Shown here: piece after piece, positions 48,201 to 61,400 of the stretch
How positions within the stretch are numbered: position 1 is the first letter of the stretch
Layout of the letters: each line of letters starts with the position of its first letter
DNA from: Bugula neritina
Taxonomy: Eukaryota; Animalia; Bryozoa
Reading direction: 5' to 3'
Assembly (NCBI GenBank): GCA_964035545.1
Contig: OZ037766.1
Span: forward strand, 23,986,126 to 24,050,125
DNA length: 64,000 nt
Notes under the pieces: generated by a model
Databases searched by the model: none
Seen by the model: only the letters and a program-made list of their open reading frames with translations
What the model was told of the DNA's origin: nothing
Translations under genes and position numbers: made by a program

Positions 48201-49350
48201 ATCAGTGTTGAGCTTTACATGCTTTCCAAATCCATTTAGTCAATCACCACCGATCAAGAAATACATTGAATCAGTAATCAACTTCCACAACTTCTCAAGC
48301 TGCCAAATAAAACCTGGCCAGACAAACGCTGAGTTTGCTGACCTGAATCAAAGAGGAATTTCTCACATATATTCAACATAATCTAAACCCTAAATATATC
48401 GGAGACGCAACTTCAAAATGATTTGCATTACAAATGGGAATGCAAGCTATTGTACTCAATAAGCCCATTGATTTCCTACCTTTTCTAAAAGACTGCAACT
48501 TGTATATATTCATATTCTAAAGTCAGCCTCAAAGTAAAAGCTGCCAGATATAGACTTAGAGATGAATAATTTTGATTAAATTGAATCAATTTTAGCGATT
48601 AGATTTAGAGCAATCTGACTTGATGTCAAGAGCCATAACTTCTCATAGCAGAAACACACTTCACAAAAACCAACTATTTGGTGCTTAGGTTATTTACTAC
48701 ATAGAACTACAGATCTATGGGTGTAACAGTACTCTAATACCTGATAGCGTGAGTTCTGATGGGGTTCTCTTACTCTAAGATTTTAAATCAGAAAATTACT
48801 AACTTTCAAACTTAATTTAAATACATAACAAATTCTGAACCCAAGAATATTACATTCACTATAGAAAATATGTAGAAAACAATTATATCGCATTAATAAT
48901 TAAGGAAAAAAACAGAACTGCATTGACATAATGTAGGGTGAAAGAGTTGACTGGAAGACAATCAAATCATCTCTCATTAGCAGTTAGCAAAAACTGATAT
49001 TTTGTAAATCCAAAAATTTAGAATCAAATAAAAAATACTTTCTACATAAATTTAACAACTTGTGCATTTATGGGTGTTCAGTAATTTGTTATTAGATAAA
49101 GTTATTAGTAGAAATTAAAGTTTAAGCTTTAACTTGATAAATTTTCATCTGACAAGTAACTGGACACAGTTGATGGCGCCACAGCCTACTGAAAGCTCAG
49201 TATAACATTACAGATAGACATAGATATAAACAAGCAGCTGAGCAAGGCCAGTAATCTACAGCTACTTACTGTGTTTAGTTCACAAAGTAATGCTGACTTA
49301 GCAGGAATGGCGGCAGCATCTTGACCTGTCTTTCTCTTCTTAGTAGACAT
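45287..49350 (-). CDS. PCYT1: Choline-phosphate cytidylyltransferase (CCT), about 299 aa
   Basis: Exons 49350-49270, 48171-48066, 47585-47469, 47179-47028, 46740-46632, 46469-46357, 45827-45693, 45373-45287 (900 nt). Motifs [21 protein letters not shown] (HxGH), [19 protein letters not shown] and [31 protein letters not shown], plus an N-terminal KKRK NLS-like motif and a C-terminal SP-rich tail. Confidence 0.95.
47770..47980 (+). mobile_element. Degenerate retrozyme monomer in a PCYT1 intron (antisense to the gene)
   Basis: ccatggtcacaaactgaagctgctagca...ctagagtcacttgagctctctggcttgagtttacacac...tctgtgCTGATGAg. The GAAA is mutated to ATAA and stem I is lost. It abuts a (GT)n tract at about 47705-47765. 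Confidence 0.8.
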
Positions 49351-52134
49351 GACTTGAGAGGTAGGGCAGTCTAATAACGAAAACACATTCGAGGGATTTG
49401 AAAATTATTCCAGGTTATATTATATAATTGTGTATTAAATACCATAATACAGAAAATATTAGAAATACCATAAAGGAAAAACTTAACACACAATAAAAAC
49501 TATATAATTTATCTGTAATAAAGTACAAAATTCCAAAATAGAATGCTTTCAAAAGTTCGCCACCTTTGAAAATTTAAAACTTGAGTATTAGCCTACAACA
49601 TTCCTGACATCTATTACTATAAAATCAAAGAACTTACTAATAAGCTACTAGAAGACGGCCAGCTACGCGTGACACTTCACTAGAAACTAATTGTGTACTT
49701 AACTGGAGTAAAGCAGCCCGTGCTAGCTGGCAGTAATAACATTACATGTACAGGTTCAATGTTCAAAAATATTCGATAAAAGCTCACGAGTACACTATTG
49801 ATAACAGCTTCTACACTATTCACTAATAGCCACAGTAATACGTAACGTTGCTAGACTCTGGACTTGGACTAGAGCAAGCAAACAAGGGGGGGGGGGGGGG
49901 GGGCTTTTCGTTCTCAAATAGACTAAATACTGTGGAAGATAATTAGTGGTCAAGTAGCAATTCCCTTGACAAAGGAAGATAACAGTGTTGGAGTGACTAG
50001 TAAGAACAAAATTATGGTAGTTATAGGGCCATAACAGTCTTACTTCAAGAGTAGTAGAGAACCATGCTTTGTCACGTAAGACATACCTCCACTGTAAAAA
50101 TTGCTAGCCACCATTTTGCTTATAATATAGGAATACCAGTGAGGTTGTGGTAGGGCAGTGAATGCCAGTCAATGATCTCATAAGTTGGCAACAAAAGGGC
50201 ATTTACGGGCAAAAATGGACTCTGGAGCAACAACTCCGAAAGACAAGTTAAAAAATTCAAGGTCGTTTACATAGCATTAGGATTGGAACTATTGGATTAT
50301 AAAATTTTCACTTGTCCTTTATATGCTTTTATAACTTAAAAAATATAGATAGCACAAAATTTACAGCTTTTTTACCAACAGATGTAAAAGTACACACAAC
50401 TCCAGAATTATGAGACAGCAAACTTCCATGAGAATTTACAGTTGGGCTCCCACCCAGATACCAGTATGAATTGAACAAAAATTGAAGTTTTGCAATTTGT
50501 GAAAAATAGCTGAGCAGAATAAATATTTTTGAAGCTATAATACAAAATATAAAATTGCTAGAAAAATCTGGCTAATCAATAAAATATATATGTAGTAATA
50601 ATTCACAGGGATATAGAGTCATTTAACAAAATCCATATCACTTATCAGTATGTTTTAAATCATTTGAACTTGAGTGATTGATGGATAATCATAATTTAGC
50701 TAATATTTCTTACTGTACTAACAAAAAGCTCTTTTTTATTTAATTACAAAATTATAATAAACTGCAAGTTAGATGACAAACTCCTCTGCTTAGATGACAA
50801 AAATCAAGCAACAAACCCTTCTGGTAGAGATGAAGATCACCTCGCCTAGCAATTGTAATGTTTAGACAGTTGTTTGCAACTCTTACAAAATTGTTGTGTA
50901 AAAACATTATATTTGAAATTTTATATCAATGGGAAGTCTATTATTTTTCTAAACTCTACAAAATTCCTTGGCCAAGACTATAATATAGTTGTAAACAACA
51001 TATACAACATAATATAGTTGTAAACAACATTATATACAATATAATGTAGACTGTAGTTATACACAACATATACAATATAATATAGCTGAAACACAACATA
51101 ATACATATATGAAAACAAAACTACTGTTTTGTAGAAAATGGAGATAAAACTTCAATATTTCTAATAGCAATGCTAGTAGTAGTTTGTAGTTGTGATGCAT
51201 AATATGCTCTGCTTTTCTATGTCTGGTTAAACTGAATATATTTTTCTAGCCTTATTATGTGTATGAATTATATTGCAATACAATATAAATTTATAATTAT
51301 TAACATAATTACAATATACCACACAGAGCATAGAGTATACAGAGCTTACCCTCACTTCTTTCTGCATCCATAGCACTACTGGAGCATCAGAGAGAGAAAA
51401 AGAAGTAAACTATGCTAGTGTGACTAGACTAGTAGTTAGGATAAAGCACGCATGAATAACTCTTTGCCAAGTCTGTAATAGAAATAAACAACAATTACTT
51501 AATACACTGCCTATTGACAAATAAATTCAGCTAGGTGGAACCATAACATAATAAACTACTATTACACCATAGCCATCACCCCATTTGCATTACAAAATTT
51601 GAAAGGCTTGATAAATACCACTTTGTAGGTGGAGCCTAACTAATACATGCAATACAGAGTACGTGATGTATAAATTGGTCTAACTACTAGAAAGTGACAT
51701 TCCCCTGTGCACTACCCATCCACTGATTGGCACTTAAATACTGCATTTTTATGGCATATGTACTTTTCATTTGACATTTGAAAAAAGATGCACAAACACA
51801 AGTTAATGCAAACCAAAATGACAAATCCATCTATATGAATCCATTAGAAGCAATGGAAACGAGGTGAAATATTGTATCTATAAAACGAAAAAAGAAATTT
51901 GTTTTGTAAGCTGAATAGTGAGAAGCCATGAAGAAAATTGTAAACACATTTGATGCCAACTATTGGCTAAAACAGCTACCACTACTATAATAACAGGTAA
52001 CAAAATATCAGGTAAGAGAATATCAACTTCTGGCCTCTCAAACCAACCAGCTGCTCTATCAGTGAGAATAGAACCTGAAAACTGTTTTACAATCATTATC
52101 AACCTTAACATAAAATAAATTATATACCACTTAG

Positions 52135-52975
52135 CGTAGGGCCATATGTAGGGCCAAAAATGGGATGTTGTGTGCAAATTTTCATGTGCCTAACATGCTC
52201 ATGCCTGTTGGATCTAATTGGTATACTATTATTTAGCGAGCACACTTTTTTATTTCAGTTCATGTTTTAGCTTTTAGCGAACTGAATTAAAACAGTTTCA
52301 TAATATAGTTTGCATTTTCGCATCTTCGCTTATGGGGCTGCCACACTACAGTCGAAACGTTTTCGAGGCTAAGCGTTGACCTCTGTGACTTCACAACTGT
52401 CTGATTTCTGAATGCAACTGTCAGTTTTTTGCGATGCGATGAAAGTTCGACTTCAGCAATCAGCCAATCACTGACTGGCCAGGTAAACCCTGATTGGTAA
52501 GTGCTTTTACTTATTCCACGTGCTACTAGCGAGCATTATTATTTGATTTGGTTCTTCTAATTATATTATTTCACTTATCATTATGATGAAGTTATGTATG
52601 CACATCTTAATAAAAATTAACCATAAAAATAAATATTTAGCAGATAAATTTGGCTAAATTGTATCAGTATATTTGGTTATTCTAACTTGGCTAAATTTTA
52701 ATAGCATATTAAGTTCTTTATGCTAACGAAAGCGATTGAATAAATTGAAGGTATGCAAGAGCAGCTCTAAAAATGGCCACCACAGTCGAGTTTCGACTGT
52801 AGTGTGCCATGCCCATTAATATCTACATACACATTGCTGATGACGTAGGCGTCTGTAGGCGAGTAGTAAAGTTTAACACTAACATCATTAGCTAATAAAT
52901 TTCTGCACTCGCAACACACGCATTGTGTGTGGCATGTCTAAACGGGTTTTCTTGCACGTCATGTGTGGCCCTACG
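52135..52975. mobile_element. Probable outer MITE hosting a nested MITE
   Basis: cgtagggcca...tggccctacg 10-bp terminal inverted repeat. Confidence 0.45.
52333..52815. mobile_element. PIF/Harbinger-type MITE
   Basis: TIR tggggctgccacactacagtcgaaac / gtttcgactgtagtgtgccatgccca, flanked by a TTA direct repeat (52330-52332, 52816-52818). Confidence 0.7.
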
Positions 52976-53693
52976 ATTAGTGATGTTTCAGCTGCTGAAA
53001 AGCCACTAGGGCATAGAAATATAATCAAAAATAATTTGTAACCGTTGCTATAGCTTCAGCAATCTATAGCAACATATCTTAACAATCATTAACATAATAA
53101 ATGTGACTTGTGAATCTAAAATGCAATCAGAATGATCAAACCACTGTTATTTGCAATAAAAATATTTGCAGAGACAACAACTCTGAACTCCATCAAGAAA
53201 AAATTGTAAGTATAACTTCTATCAGTTGGTCTGGCTGCAATACTCTAATCAAACTGTTTAGGTTTCAACATTTGGCCATCCAATTGAAGGTTAATTTTGT
53301 TGACTGGCTTAGCAAAAACCTCTAAATGTATGCTGACCTTTAATTTTTGAAAAGAATAATTATTGTTACATATAAATCATTTGATGCAATTATTGGTTGC
53401 AATTTATATATGTCATTTATATAAGTATTTTATATGCATAATATGCAATTCAAAATGTAGTTTTTAGTAGAAATAAATGCTACAAAATACTTGGGGTAAA
53501 CTGTTAGTTATACTTAGTAGGAGAATTAAATAGAGAAAACAGTTTTAGGAAGAACATACTTAACATAATAAGTAAACATTATAAGTAAACAATGAATAAC
53601 GCAAAATCATAAGGAAGCAGAAAACTTACAAATTTTAGTAACTGCATCTAAATTAAAACATCGCATCAGTTACAAAGCTAGGTCTGATTAATC

Positions 53694-56600
53694 AATATAT
53701 GTGACCAGTCGCGACAAAACCGGGGATGTGGCGGCGTTTATAAAGTGTAGTAAATGAAGGTTTAATTTGGATATACTTAAATTTGAAATTAATTTTCAGT
53801 TTTTAGGTTTTGAACTTTTCTAATACAAAAAAATCCAAAGATTTCAAAAATCATACTTTCGTAAGCATTTGATGATTCCTTCAGCTCCAAAATTGCATTT
53901 AAAGTTGGTAACTAAGGCATTCAATTTTTTAAATGATGAAAAAATTGCGAAGTTATCAAATAAAGAAAGAAGACAATTTTAGTCATTTTCATAGCGTGAG
54001 ATCTTGCAAATTTATTTTTTATCAAATGAATTTAGCTTACACCTCTTTCTTGGCATTGTCAGAAGCATCGTATTTAAAATCGCAGGCTAGTTTTAGTTTT
54101 TCATCGTGCTCCATCCAAAGTTAGCTTTTAAGTTACTGAGCTGTTTTGCCCTTTGGTGATAAATGCTAAACTTAATCTTTATCTTTAGCGTTCAAGCTTG
54201 AAAATCACAACAATACAGGTAATTATACTCAAAACCATCCTTTACGCTATTAACTTAGAATTGTTGCCAGGATTATTTGTAGTTATCAATTTATTAATAT
54301 TCATACTATCACTAGGAGTATGTCTATTCTTATTCTATACTAGTAACTATTTAAATGACTCTCACTATGACTCACAGTTTGAGGTACGATTACTCATAAT
54401 GATAATCATAATGAATATTATTCATGATTTACTGATACTGGTATTTGGCAGTAAAACTAAATGTAGCTCATTAATATTAATAGTATAAGTAATAGTTATA
54501 AATTCACTATTTGAGTCTGACTCTGAGTTTCGCCTTCGGTCTTAAAACTTGATACTTATACTGATAGTATTATATTTATTGATTTATTCTATAGTTGATA
54601 TTTAAATTTACATTGGACTTATTCTTAGTGACTTTTAGCCTCTGTCTTAGATTTTGTGAATACAGTTACTGATTACTATTACTATTTGTATTACTATTAC
54701 TGTATTAGTATTAGTATTAGTATTCACGTTAGGCCTACTAGTCAAACTACCGTTTCCTTTTGTGATTTTCAAATTAGCTCAAAGTTTGATTTAAAATATA
54801 ATGATAAAATCTTTATCACATTATGCAGGCTTACAGTTACTGTCAAAACTCAATTGGTAATCCTATTTATATTGATAAAAGCATCACCTATAACCAAATT
54901 GAAATGGTAAATGTGATTAAATGAGTATAATGATGAAATATTAATGTGAGTTCATATTGATTCTATAGTTGACTGACTTAGTTCTTCAGTAAGTTACTTT
55001 TAGTCTTATTTAGTGAGTAGCAACACTAACTGAATGCATAAATAGTCTAAACTTTTTAATTTTATTATAAAGGATGAGCAAAAGTTTATTCATATTTTAA
55101 AGTAATTTATTGAATTCAAATTGATTTTATAGTAAATGTCTTTAATATATTCAGTTGCATTTAGCTAGCTTTTTTACTCAATTAAATGCCTGAGTGGTTA
55201 ATAGTTATCGAAAGACATTGCTTCAAAATTGCCAATTGCAGATATGCTAGATATTCAAGTGCATAATGTGTAATTTTACTGATAATACTATGTTAATATA
55301 GAATAATACGATATTCTGTACATTTTAGAAAGTGGGCTTATGAGAGCATTAGAGTGAAGACTTATACCTACACAACTCTACTACCTATCAATCTAACACT
55401 CCTAATGTAGACACTCTGAATTTTGGCTTGCAAGGTTATGGCTTCTGCTCATTTCATTCATAAAAAGGTTTGCAGTCTTTTAATGATGTGCTTAAAAATT
55501 TTCAACATTTTTTTAATTTAAATTGTTCTGTTTAATTCACTACATTTAAATGTTAATAAAATGCAGGATCACAATTAACTGCTGCCATAATAGTACCACA
55601 AGACTGTTTAACCAACTAAATTTTTATAATATAACTGCGTATAATTTCTAATCAAGCTACCGTTTTCTTTTGTTATTTAAAAAAGTCAACATTGTACTTG
55701 CAGCTCTGGAATAGACAATAGATGGGTAGATTGGCAGAATAGACGTCAAGTAGCAGCATCTATAATTGCTAGCAAATCAGCTGATGATAGTGATGAAGCT
55801 TTTGCCACATACATGATGTTATGTGTCCATACTCTGTAAACTCATATTATGAAGACCAAGGAAGTAGAAAGATGAAAAGTGTCTTTTTTGCAAAAACCGT
55901 AGAAGCTACCTAATTTTCTTTTCTTGATTAGAGTTAATTCAAGCATAATGGTTGTATCCAGGCTGGATTTGTTACTGCATTAATTAGTTTTTTTAAAAAA
56001 TAATGTATTTGATGTTTTAAATGTGAATATTAATGCCTAATAAAACTCAAAAGTTCTAATCGCTGATTTTATGTTTATATTTTCAACATCAATTGCTAAA
56101 TTTAGTTGCCGTTAGAGATTATAAAGATATTTATGAATGAATCTCGAATGATCTCATAATAGTCAAATGATTTTCTCATAAGTGTTCTACTCATTAAGCA
56201 ATAACTATGAAACAGCACAGCTCAATAGCTGCAGTTCGATATATTACACAATATATTAGAGGAGAGGAAGATATTCAATGTATAACAGGAAGCAGCTGCC
56301 ATTTTGTTTTATATGACTTCCTGCTGACTTGGATGTCTAATTTAAATATCTCAACACACAAATTTGCTGAAACATCCTCCTCTTTGCTGGAATTGTTGAA
56401 CCTTTCAATCATTAAACAAAGTAAAAAGCAAATTGACAAATAAATTAGACAAAAAGTTTGGCGGCCATATTTGACCTAATTTTATGTTGAGGCAGCATGA
56501 AATTTAGTTTAACAAAAAGCCCAAACTTTCACAATTATTTTGATACCAAATTTGTCACTATTCCTATTATACAAAGACCCGTTGCTAAGGCTTGTAAATT

Positions 56601-56848
56601 GTAAACAAATAATTCTCAACTTATTCTAGAGTTGCCAACTTTAAACGCGATTTTCTCGAAACAGTAATTTAGAAATTCTAAAAACGTTAAAGTTTTTAAA
56701 TACTGATATCTCGAGTTCTATTTATGCTACAGACTTCAAATAAAGTGCAAAATGTTCAAAAAAGTCTGCTCTATCACTCCATAGTAATAACTAGGTTTTC
56801 AACATTTTATATACATCCCTTGTTTTGTGGTGCCAGGTCACATATATT
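53694..56848. mobile_element. Unclassified non-autonomous DNA transposon, about 3.15 kb
   Basis: Imperfect ~36-bp TIR: aatatatgtgaccagtcgcgacaaaaccggggatgt versus the reverse complement of the right end, aatatatgtgacctggcaccacaaaacaagggatgt. No transposase ORF seen. Confidence 0.55.
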
Positions 56849-58167
56849 TTTAATAATTTGGAAGCAATTAATGAAAAAAACTTTAACTGATAAAACTAAT
56901 TTTAGCATAACATTTTCATGTTTTCTCTTTCTATGCCAATGAACAGGAATAAAGAAATTCTGATAAACAATGGTCTACGCTTTGAAAGAACTAAAGTTAA
57001 TGTATGAACTTAAATAAATTTGAATAACAACACTAAACACTACACAGTATCTATTGCTGTCAGCCAATCAAATTAGTGAGTTCATTTAACCAATCTGTAT
57101 ACTTATATTCTATGACTATAGTTATACTTATAATGTAACTGTAAATGCTATACCTATAGTCATAACTTATACATTTAATGTGCAGTTTGAAAGATCTTAA
57201 GCATGCATCATGCATATGTTAAGCTAACCCAACTTCATATATTTACAATGCTGCTCACATTTTTTTAGAAGCCTGTACATTTATTGACATTTCATTTTTT
57301 ATATAACATTCATAGTTACTGAATGAGCATTCTTTGAACATTGTCGGTATAAGTTCCATGTAAAACCTAATAATTTATTTTATGCCTAGTAACTTATCAT
57401 AAAATTAAATGCAATGCTAGTACTACTATGAGTATGTCCTCTAGTATACATACTCATAGTTATAGTAGCTACATATTTATTATAATTATTCTCCTTGTAA
57501 TTATAATCATTATCATAGTTCAAATTATACTGATTATTACCATTTCATTATTTAAATAATTGTAAAATGTTAGTTACAAGTACAACTGAGATTTTAACTG
57601 CAATTGCAAATAATAAACTCGCAAAAGCTATCACAAAAAATTAAAATTTAAAGTTGAAACTTAAACCTAAGAGTACGAGTAAGACAAAGAAAGTCAAGAC
57701 ATTATCATTACGATTAACACTGTGACTATGAGTATCTCAGTACGAGTATGAGCATTAATAGACCATTGGTCAATCGGATTTCAATTTGCTTTTGAGGTTT
57801 GAATTTCAATTTGATCATCATTTACATTATTAAATCTAAAAGTAAAAGTGATTGTGAAGGCCCACGCAACTTGAACTTTCATATGGTCAAGTCAGAATGA
57901 TGATAAATAATTATTAACAATTATAAAATATTATTCAATATGAATATTCAGTACTTCACTTTCAGTAAAACTAAAAGTAAAAGTAAAACTAAATGTGATA
58001 CTGATAAGAAATTAGTTAATTACCACTAACACTGCCAGCTAAGCTATTTTATTTTTACTGCAATCGTGGTACTTACAATAATTAAAACGTTTATTGTTTA
58101 TCAACTATGTAGTGGTCATTACGATTATTATTATGATCCTAATCAGAATCACAGCTACAGTACGGGT

Positions 58168-58399
58168 TGTTCGGTGTTCATGTAAACATTTATTTCTAAT
58201 TTGTTATTTTATTATTTTACTATTTTTTGTCATAATCTTAATAATTAATTGTATCACTTATTGTAATAGTTTTAGTATTTTCGTGTATATATATTGTGGT
58301 AATAAATCACGGCTTCGGCCTCTTACGTTTATCAACTAACTCGAGCACGTTCTGTCTTTTCACGATAGCTGAAATAATATCACAAATCAACATAAAACA
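58168..58399 (+). repeat. 5' LTR
   Basis: tgttcggtg...taaaaca; appears identical to the 3' LTR by eye. Confidence 0.96.
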
Positions 58400-58443
58400 T
58401 GGTGCCCCGAGTCTAATTATTATTAATATTACACTGAAATAAC

Positions 58444-61400
58444 ATGGAGCAATTACTAGCGCCAAAACCATTAGCAGATGGACCGAATTTACCTGAGGAA
58501 TGGAAGATTTTTAAACGTGACTTCGAACTTTTTTTAACGGCCACATCGAAAGATACAGCCGAAGGCAAAGTGAAAACTGCATACCTACTTAGAACTATCG
58601 GTCGCCGAGGCAACCAAATATACGACTCTTTCAACTGGACTGACAACAATGACAAAACTGACTATGACAAAGTTGTGACGCAGTTTGATGACTACTGCAA
58701 ACCAAGAATAAACTTAGTGGCTAAGACTCACTCACTACTGACTTGTAAGCAAGGAAATAGAACTATTGACGAATTTTTGACTGAACTACATACCATTGCA
58801 GGACTATGTGACTTAAAAGACATGTACAACCGACTGATACTACAGGCACTGATACTGGGAATTGAAAGTGACAAGATTAGAAAGAAACTGTTTGACTTGA
58901 CTGACTTTGACAAAGCAATTGAACTCTGCAGACGAGAAGAAGCATCGGCTATTGACTACAAGACTATGACTAAGGATAACACATATGGACTCGAACAAGT
59001 GAACTTGGTAAAACATAGACCTCCGACTCATCAATATCACTCTAATGACACTCGTAACACTGATAAACACAGAGGACAACTTTCACACACTCACTCTCAG
59101 CCCAACGTCAGAAAATCAGTTGGTGCTTCTAGGTGTGGAAACTGTGGAGGCAATCACCCACCTCGAGCATGCCCAGCATATGGGAAACAGTGCAATCATT
59201 GCAAGAAATTTAACCACTTTGCTGCATACTGCAGGTCACGCATGCATCATTATCGCGACTCAACCGAAACAGCCAATCAAGTCACCTGGAATTACTCTTC
59301 AGACAGTGACTCTCAACATGTAAGTACTATCTCCACTACTGTACGAGATCGTAAATTATTAGCGATGCTCACTGCTAAGCAAGCAGATACTATTTATGAC
59401 ATTGAATTCCAACTTGACACTGGTGCATCATGCAATACTTTGAATACGATCGACTACGACAAGCTAGGTAGACCGAAACTTACACCGACTGATACTGTAC
59501 TAACTTTATATGACCAGAGCAAGTGTGCACCACTAGGGTGGACACGGATACAGATACTAAACAAGCAAGGATGTTACACTACATTAAAATTCCTAGTTGT
59601 GGAAACCACCCAACATAGCTTGCTGTCATGGAAATCATGTTTGCACCTGGATTTATTACAAATGCCCAGCACCAAAAGCGAGAATGTAAACTTTGCCACT
59701 ACTGACCCAGACCTTCAGACTTTACTGACTAACTTTGATGACATATTTACCGGACTTGGAAAGTTTGAACAGGAATATAGGATAGAGCTAAGACCTGAAG
59801 CTGTACCAGTGCAAGTCCGACCGCGGAAGGTGCCCTTGTCGATGAAATCAGATCTCATCAAGACTATTCTTGAACTAGAACAACGTCAAATTATCGCTAA
59901 GGTAGAAGCACCTACAGACTGGATAAGCCATCTACAACCAGTGCGCAAGCCTAATGGAAAGATACGCATCTGCATAGATCCGCAAAATCTCAATCAAGCA
60001 ATTAAACGAAACCACGCTGTCATGCCAACATTGGAAGATGTTTTGCCACAACTCAACGGTGCCAAGTTTTTCTCCTTGTGTGACGCCAAAGAAGGTTTCT
60101 ATCAAATTCCCCTAGCTGAGGAATCTACAGACTTGACAACTTTCTGGACTCCCATAGGAAAGTACAAGTACCTAAGGCTACCCTTTGGAATTGCATCAGC
60201 GCCGGAGGAGTTTCAGAGAAGGCTCACGGAAAATCTTGCTGGTCTTGATGGCATCACCATAGTTGCAGATGACATCCTAATTTTTGGAAGTACAAGGAAA
60301 GAGCATGATAGAAACCTTGAAGCGCTCTTCAAACGTGCTCGACAGACAGGACTGAGACTGAACAAGGAAAAATCCCGCTTCCTTCAGGACGAACTACCTT
60401 ACATTGGACACATACTGACAACTAATGGACTTAAACCAGATCCTAACAAAGTAAAAGCCATTCTTAAGATGAAACCTCCCTCATCTCCACAGGGAGTAAA
60501 ACGATTCCTTGGTCACATCACATACATGTCAAAATTTATTAGCAACCTAGCATCGGAATCTGAACCATTACGACGTTTACTGACACAAGACAATGCTCAA
60601 GACTTTCACTGGACTGACGACCAAATGAACGCTTTTAATAGACTGAAGACCTTACTAACTGACTCAGAAACTCTACAATACTTTGACTGCAACAAGCCAG
60701 TAACTATACAAACTGACGCTTCAAATGCTGGTGTGGGTGCAACACTCATGCAAGGAGGCAAGCCTGTAGCATATGCATCTCGCAGTTTAACAAAATCGGA
60801 ACAGAACTATGTGCCACTAGAGCTTGAGTGCCTTGCCATAGTGTTTGGCACTGAACGCTTTGACCAGTATATCTTTGGTCACCATGCTGTCACTATCCAA
60901 ACTGACCACAAACCCCTTGTATCTATTTTCAGGAAATCCATTCATAAGGCATCTCGGAGGTTGCAGGCTATGCTTCTTCACTTACAAAGATACCCCAACA
61001 TTAAGGTAACTTGGCAAAAGGGTGCTGAACAGATCACGGCTGACTTACTCTCAAGAGACTCATACTTTGACTCCCCCAACTATCAACAACTACCAGAACA
61101 CATTTTTCACATTGACTCTCAAAATAATGATGCTCCTGTTTGTGACGACTTAATTGACAACATTAGGACTGCTACTGCACAGGACAATGAACTTATGACA
61201 CTGACAAACCTTATTAAACATGACTGGAACATTGCCAACTGCACAACTCACGACAAGTACAAACACTTTCAGGACGAACTATCTATTGACAATGGCATTG
61301 TTTACAAAGGACTACGAGCCATTATTCCAAAGACACTCCAGAGAAAGTTTCTCCAACTACTTCACACCGGCCATAATGGGATTAACTCCACACTAAGACG

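Noticed and set aside
50040-51400. Extra upstream exons of PCYT1 or another gene
   Set aside because: Isolated donor-like sites exist, but no frame-consistent model or recognisable protein could be built.
52836-52870. CTGATGA motif as another hammerhead
   Set aside because: No stem II followed by GAAA and no pairing stems.
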